Origin: an uncultured Gemmatimonadales bacterium
GTDB lineage: Bacteria > Gemmatimonadota > Gemmatimonadetes > Longimicrobiales > RSA9
Length of the DNA: 64,000 bases
NCBI GenBank assembly: GCA_963741945.1
Contig: CAVUKA010000003.1
Span: 448,001-512,000 of the forward strand
Reading direction: 5' to 3'
In this document: positions 59,566-64,000 of the stretch, piece by piece
How the letters are laid out: every line of letters begins with the position of its first letter
How positions within the stretch are numbered: position 1 is the first letter of the stretch
The notes under the pieces: generated by a model
Databases searched by the model: none
Told to the model about the DNA's origin: nothing
The model's input: only the letters and a program-made list of their open reading frames with translations
Translations under genes and position numbers: made by a program

Positions 59566-60927
59566 TCAGTGCTGGTTCCCGCCGCCCCCGCCTCCCGGCT
59601 TCGTGGGCTTCGACGGCTTCGACGACGTCGAGGAGGACGACGACGGTCGCGGCGCCGGTGATGCCGCCGGCCGCGACGGCGGCGAGGAGTGCTGCACGCG
59701 GGGCGGTGAGGCATGGCGCTCCGCCCTCGGCGTGGCGCGCGGCTGCGGCCGGGGCGGGGAGCGGCGCTCCACGCGCGGTGCCACGGCGCGCGGCTCCCTG
59801 GCCGGCTCCGCCGGGCGGTCGACACGGGGCGGCGCGGCCGTCGCCGTGGGACTGGCCTTCTCGCCGCGTGACGGCAACAGCTCCGGAAGGGCCGGGCGCT
59901 CACGAGCCTGCCGCGGGTTGGACGCCTCCGACGGTTGCGCCGTACGGCCCTCCGCGTCCGCCCGTCGACCCACCTCCGGCCGGTCGGGGATCAGCGTCCT
60001 GAGCACGGGCCGCTCCGTTGTCACGCGCTCGCCAGTCCTCGGGCCGGGCGGCAGCGCCTTCTTCACGGTGCCAGCCTTCCCATCGCCGCGGCCGGGGATG
60101 CCGGGAATCACCTTGGCCGGATGACCGTTCTCACCGTCATCCGTCGCGATCCACCCGGTGGGCACGGGCGGCCGCTTCGGCAGCTTCTTCTTCAGTTCCG
60201 GCAACCGCCGGGCGCTGTCGGCGGGCGGCACGGTCCTGTCGTTCCGCGGGCAGACGAACCACCCCTGGTAATAGGCATAGGCCGGCACGGACATGAACAC
60301 GCCGTTGCAGTTGACCCACACGTACGACGGCTGCGCCCTGTTCGAACCGTACAGCCAGTTCGTGGGCCAGACCACGTGGTAGGCCAGCGTATACTCCGTC
60401 ATCCCGGGCTGCGGAACGATCTCCCGGGCCAGCATCTCCGCGGCGCCGTACGGGCTGCGCGTGAGGATCTGGTGGTCGATCCACGGGGAACGCCCCGTGG
60501 CCATGAACTGCGCCACGTCCAGCGGTCGCTCCGCCGCCACCAGCACGATGTACGTGGGCGCGGAGCCGTAGACCAGCGAGCGGTTGCTGGCGAACCGGTA
60601 TGCCGAGGCCTCCGTGCGCACGGTGTGGCGGCCGTACGAGAAGCGCTGCTGCCCGCCATAGCCGATGGCGGGGTAGAGCATACGGGCCGAGCCGAACTCG
60701 CTGATGGCGAAGATGGCCACGTGGGCCGGACGGTTCACGTTGAACGACGCGAAGCCGGTGTACTCGTCGTACCAGATCGTCGCCTGCAGCGGGGGTTGGT
60801 CGTACGAGCGCGCCCCGTACGGGGACGCGTCCGGGTAATCCGGGTAATCTCCTGGCCCGGGGCCGTATGCCCGGGGAGCATAGCACGCCGTGGTCCCCAG
60901 GAGGAGGAGCGGGAGCAGGTATCGCAT
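59566..60927 (-). CDS. Lipoprotein with DUF4384-like beta domain and long Pro/Arg/Ser-rich disordered tail
   Basis: MRYLLPLLLLGTTAC lipobox; FNVNRPAHVAIF..ARMLYP, YIVLVAAERPL; RBS GGAGG. Confidence 0.65.
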   Translation of the reverse strand: MRYLLPLLLLGTTACYAPRAYGPGPGDYPDYPDASPYGARSYDQPPLQATIWYDEYTGFASFNVNRPAHVAIFAISEFGSARMLYPAIGYGGQQRFSYGRHTVRTEASAYRFASNRSLVYGSAPTYIVLVAAERPLDVAQFMATGRSPWIDHQILTRSPYGAAEMLAREIVPQPGMTEYTLAYHVVWPTNWLYGSNRAQPSYVWVNCNGVFMSVPAYAYYQGWFVCPRNDRTVPPADSARRLPELKKKLPKRPPVPTGWIATDDGENGHPAKVIPGIPGRGDGKAGTVKKALPPGPRTGERVTTERPVLRTLIPDRPEVGRRADAEGRTAQPSEASNPRQARERPALPELLPSRGEKASPTATAAPPRVDRPAEPAREPRAVAPRVERRSPPRPQPRATPRAERHASPPRVQHSSPPSRPAASPAPRPSSSSSTSSKPSKPTKPGGGGGGNQH

Positions 60928-61055
60928 GTGTTGCCTCCGGGTGGTGTCCATGGAAACTACATTACCCCCGGTCATTTTGTTCCGTGACCACCGGAACGCT
61001 TCGAAAACGCGCCCGCAGCCGCTTTCCCTTCCAATATAGGGCCAGCGCCCGGTCA

Positions 61056-61071
61056 CGGCAGGGTCGTTGCA
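61056..61071 (+). promoter_or_regulatory. Putative sigma54 -24/-12 promoter upstream of csp
   Basis: CGGCAG-GGTCG-TTGCA with exact GG-N10-GC spacing. Confidence 0.45.
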
Positions 61072-61147
61072 GGATCGTGGGGTGGATCCGGGCGCGACGC
61101 AGGACACCGGTCCGCCCGGCCGAACCGAACCAGGGGGAGGTCCGCCA

Positions 61148-61429
61148 GTGCCACGGCAGAACGGGAAGGTGAAGTGGTTCTCCGACGCGAAGGGATACGG
61201 GTTCATCACCGCGGAGGATGGCGATGATGTGTTCGTCCACCACTCGGGGATCGAGGGGTACGGGTACAAGACGCTGAGTGAGGGTGAGCGCGTCGAGTTC
61301 GAGCTGGTCGAGGAGCCCCGGGGGCGGAAAGCCACGGGCGTGGTCCGGCTGGAAGCGGCGGACGGTCCTCCGGACCGCAACCGGGACCAGGCCATCCAGA
61401 GCCCGATGGACCACAAGCCCCGGCGCTAG
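61148..61429 (+). CDS. Cold-shock domain protein with ~25-aa C-terminal extension
   Basis: GKVKWF, KGYGFI (RNP1), DVFVHH (RNP2), GYKTL; RBS GGAGG. Confidence 0.93.
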   Translation: MPRQNGKVKWFSDAKGYGFITAEDGDDVFVHHSGIEGYGYKTLSEGERVEFELVEEPRGRKATGVVRLEAADGPPDRNRDQAIQSPMDHKPRR

Positions 61430-61505
61430 GCGGACTGCCCGGCGTGGCCGCGGCGGCGGCCCCGCCCGTCATCGTCGGCACCGGCACCTGCTCGGGGCGC
61501 GCGCG

Positions 61506-62600
61506 TCACTGTTCGAACAGCCCGAGCTGGCCGTCCACCCGCGGCCTGCGGAACGCTTCCGCGGACAGCGCGATACGGCCGTCCCGCAGGCCGTGCCGGC
61601 GGAGCGCGGCCCGGAAGAGCTGGTGCAGCTGCTCCGCGTACGGTCCCTCCCCGCGCATGCGGGACCCGAAGCGCGCGTCGTTCAGCGCGCCGCCGCGGAT
61701 CTCGCGGATCCGGTGCAGCACCCTCGCCTTTCGATCGGGGAAGTGCGCCTCGAGCCATTCGGTGAAGAGCGCCTTGACGCCATGCGGCAGCCGCACCAGC
61801 AGCATGGATGCGGCCACCGCGCCGGCGGCGGCCGCGGCCTCCACGAGCGCGGGAACCTCCTCATCAGTCAGTCCGGGGATGATGGGCGCGATCATGGCGC
61901 GGACGGGCACGCCGGCGGCCGCGAGGCGCCGGATGGCGTCCAGGCGGCGGGCGGGCGAGGCGGTGCGCGGCTCCATGGCGCGCTGGAGGTCGGGGCGGAG
62001 CGAGGTCAGCGACACCGCGACGGCGGCGGCGCGGTGCGTCGCCAGCTCCCCGAGCAGGTCGGCGTCGCGCGTGACCAGGTGGTTCTTCGTGATGACCGAG
62101 ACGGGGTGGCGGCACTCGGCCAGGACTTCCAGACAGGCGCGTGTGAGGCGCAGCCGCCGCTCCACCGGCTGGTACGGGTCCGTGACGCCGCTCAGGCCGA
62201 TGGGCTCGGGCTTCCAGCGCGAGGATGAGAGCGCCTTCCTGAGCAGCGCCGGGGCGTCCTCCTTCACCAGGATGCGGGTCTCGAAATCCAGGCCCGCGGA
62301 GAAGCCCAGATACTCGTGCGTGGGACGGGCGTAGCAGTAGATGCACCCGTGCTCGCACCCCCGGTACGGGTTCAGCATCCAGGCGCACGGCACGTCCGGG
62401 CTGTCGTTCCGGTTGAGGATCGTGCGGGAGGAATCGCGGAAGAAGAGGGTGGGACGCGCCGGATCGTCCGGGTCCGTCCACGACTCCGTGGCCACGGTGT
62501 GGAGCCGCTCGAACCGGTTCGGCGGGTTGTCCGTGGCGCCCCGACCCCGGAGCGCGCGGTCCCCGGGCGGCTGCCCTTCGGGCGCACCGATCCCGGTCAT
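61506..62600 (-). CDS. PA0069/SplB-like DNA-repair radical SAM protein
   Basis: NPYRGCEHGCIYCYARP (CxxxCxxC), TDPYQPVE, EPRTASP, APIIPGLTD; C-terminal QLGLF clamp-binding-like motif. Confidence 0.92.
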   Translation of the reverse strand: MTGIGAPEGQPPGDRALRGRGATDNPPNRFERLHTVATESWTDPDDPARPTLFFRDSSRTILNRNDSPDVPCAWMLNPYRGCEHGCIYCYARPTHEYLGFSAGLDFETRILVKEDAPALLRKALSSSRWKPEPIGLSGVTDPYQPVERRLRLTRACLEVLAECRHPVSVITKNHLVTRDADLLGELATHRAAAVAVSLTSLRPDLQRAMEPRTASPARRLDAIRRLAAAGVPVRAMIAPIIPGLTDEEVPALVEAAAAAGAVAASMLLVRLPHGVKALFTEWLEAHFPDRKARVLHRIREIRGGALNDARFGSRMRGEGPYAEQLHQLFRAALRRHGLRDGRIALSAEAFRRPRVDGQLGLFEQ

Positions 62601-64000
62601 GAGACGCCCCCGGCCGTGCGCCGCGCCGGCCGCTTGCGCCGCTCCATCTCCCGGAACCGGCTCGCCACCACGTTCAGCACCCGCCCCTCCCGCTCGAAGC
62701 GGCCCTGGACCAGCAGGAAGGGCGAGGTGTTGATCGCCTCCCTGTACGACTGGTAGACGGGCGGCGGGATGATCACGTTGATGAAGCCCGATTCGTCCTC
62801 CATGAGGATGAACACGGTGCCGTTCGCCGTGGCGGGATGCTGCCGGGCGACGACCAGCCCCGCCACCACCACGGGCGCCCGGTCCGCCAGCCCCGGCAGG
62901 TCCACGGATGCGGCCACGCCGTACTCCCGGAGCCGTGGCCGGATGTGCTCCATGGGGTGTCCGGCCACGGAGATGCCGGTGGCGAGATAGTCGAGGAAGA
63001 TGAGGTCCTCGTCGTCCATCTCGTCGGGCCGGAACGGGAGCCGACGGGCCGGGGCCAGCGGGAGCGTGTCGCCGGCGGCGCGCAGCGCCTCCCACGCCGC
63101 TTTCCGGCGGCCGGGCTCGAACGCTTCGAACGCGCCCGCCCGTGCCAGGTGGAGCGCGTCGGCCCGGGTGAGGCCGGCACGGCGGACCACGTCGGAGACC
63201 GACGCGAACGGGCCGCCGGCGCCCGCCCGCTGCAGCCGGTCGCGCGCCTCCTCGCCCAGTCCCCGGATGTGCTTCCAGCCGATGCGGACGGCGGGCTCCT
63301 CCCCCTCCAGCGTGCAGTCCCACTCGCCGTGACGGAGACAGGGCGGGCGCACCTCCACGCCGTTGCGCCGGGCCTCGTGGACCAGTGTGGCGGGCGGGTA
63401 GAAGCCCATAGGCCACGCGTTGAGGAGCGCCATGAGGAAATCGGCCGGGTAGTGCGCCTTCAGGTACGCGGTGGCGTAGGCGATGAGGGCGAAGCTCCAG
63501 GCGTGGCTCTCGGGGAAGCCGTAGTTGGAGAAGGAGTAGAGGTCGTCGGTGATGCGCTCCGCGTCCTCCGGCGGCACGCCGTTCCGCGCCATCCGCTCCC
63601 GCAGCCGCTGGATGGCCGCGTGCAGCTTCGGCAGCTTGCGACGGTGCCCCATGGCGCGCCGGAGCTCGTCCGCCTCCGCGGCCGTGAACCCGCCCAGCGC
63701 CATGGAGATGGCCATGGCCTGCTCCTGGAAGATGGGGATGCCGTACGTGCGCCGGAGGATCGGCTTCAGCCGCTCGTCCAGGTACTCCACCTCCTCCAGC
63801 CCGAGCCGGCGACGCGTGTAGGGGCGGACGAACCGGGCCTGGATCGGGCCCGGCCGGATCAGCGCCACCTGGACCACGATGTCGTAGAGCCGCCGCGGCT
63901 GCGTCTGGAGGATGGACTGGATCTGCGCCCGGGACTCGATCTGGAACGTGCCCAGCGTGTCCCCCCGGCCGATCATGTCGTACGTGGCCGGGTCGTCCAC
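62597..64000 (-). CDS. dnaE2: Error-prone DNA polymerase DnaE2/ImuC (C-terminal part, truncated by window edge)
   Basis: FQIESRAQ, ALIRPGPIQ, YGFPESHA, PMGFY, RQHPATANG, EDESG; FQIESRAQ and FPESH are DnaE2-type. Confidence 0.92.
   Translation of the reverse strand: MDDPATYDMIGRGDTLGTFQIESRAQIQSILQTQPRRLYDIVVQVALIRPGPIQARFVRPYTRRRLGLEEVEYLDERLKPILRRTYGIPIFQEQAMAISMALGGFTAAEADELRRAMGHRRKLPKLHAAIQRLRERMARNGVPPEDAERITDDLYSFSNYGFPESHAWSFALIAYATAYLKAHYPADFLMALLNAWPMGFYPPATLVHEARRNGVEVRPPCLRHGEWDCTLEGEEPAVRIGWKHIRGLGEEARDRLQRAGAGGPFASVSDVVRRAGLTRADALHLARAGAFEAFEPGRRKAAWEALRAAGDTLPLAPARRLPFRPDEMDDEDLIFLDYLATGISVAGHPMEHIRPRLREYGVAASVDLPGLADRAPVVVAGLVVARQHPATANGTVFILMEDESGFINVIIPPPVYQSYREAINTSPFLLVQGRFEREGRVLNVVASRFREMERRKRPARRTAGGVS

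Overview
GC-rich bacterial chromosomal segment. Gene content and order are suggestive of Gemmatimonadota, which is an inference. About 55 CDS, mostly housekeeping. They include: a peptidoglycan/amino-sugar salvage cluster (SSS transporter, NagB-II, GH3/AmiE-like fusion, NamZ); CesT-like/PspA/AI-2E; bacterioferritin; uvrA; efp; htpX; TamA/TamB; tsaD; and the yebC-ruvC-ruvA-lepB ... ruvB-queA-tgt-yajC-def-fmt-thiE-thiS-thiG string. That string is split by ~8 kb of accessory genes (LpoB-like lipoprotein trio, FesM/CtaG putative copper module, general-stress membrane proteins). Further right are rpsU-DEAD helicase, LigC, two metalloproteases, csp, and a SplB-like radical SAM gene coupled to dnaE2. 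I saw no tRNA, rRNA, CRISPR array, transposase or integrase. The most unusual structure is a non-coding element family present three times (~7.3, ~38.0 and ~55.8-56.5 kb). It has 28-bp inverted arms built from CGCGGAG heptamers and a conserved core with a 17-bp near-palindrome. In one copy the arms are amplified into two facing tandem arrays (42-bp x5, 38-bp x9). Other leads: a PPPG-containing uORF ahead of yebC, a COG2521-like methyltransferase coupled to cytidine deaminase, a ThiS with a residue after its terminal glycines, and sigma54-type motifs at stress genes. All family calls come from motif recognition by eye, not database searches.
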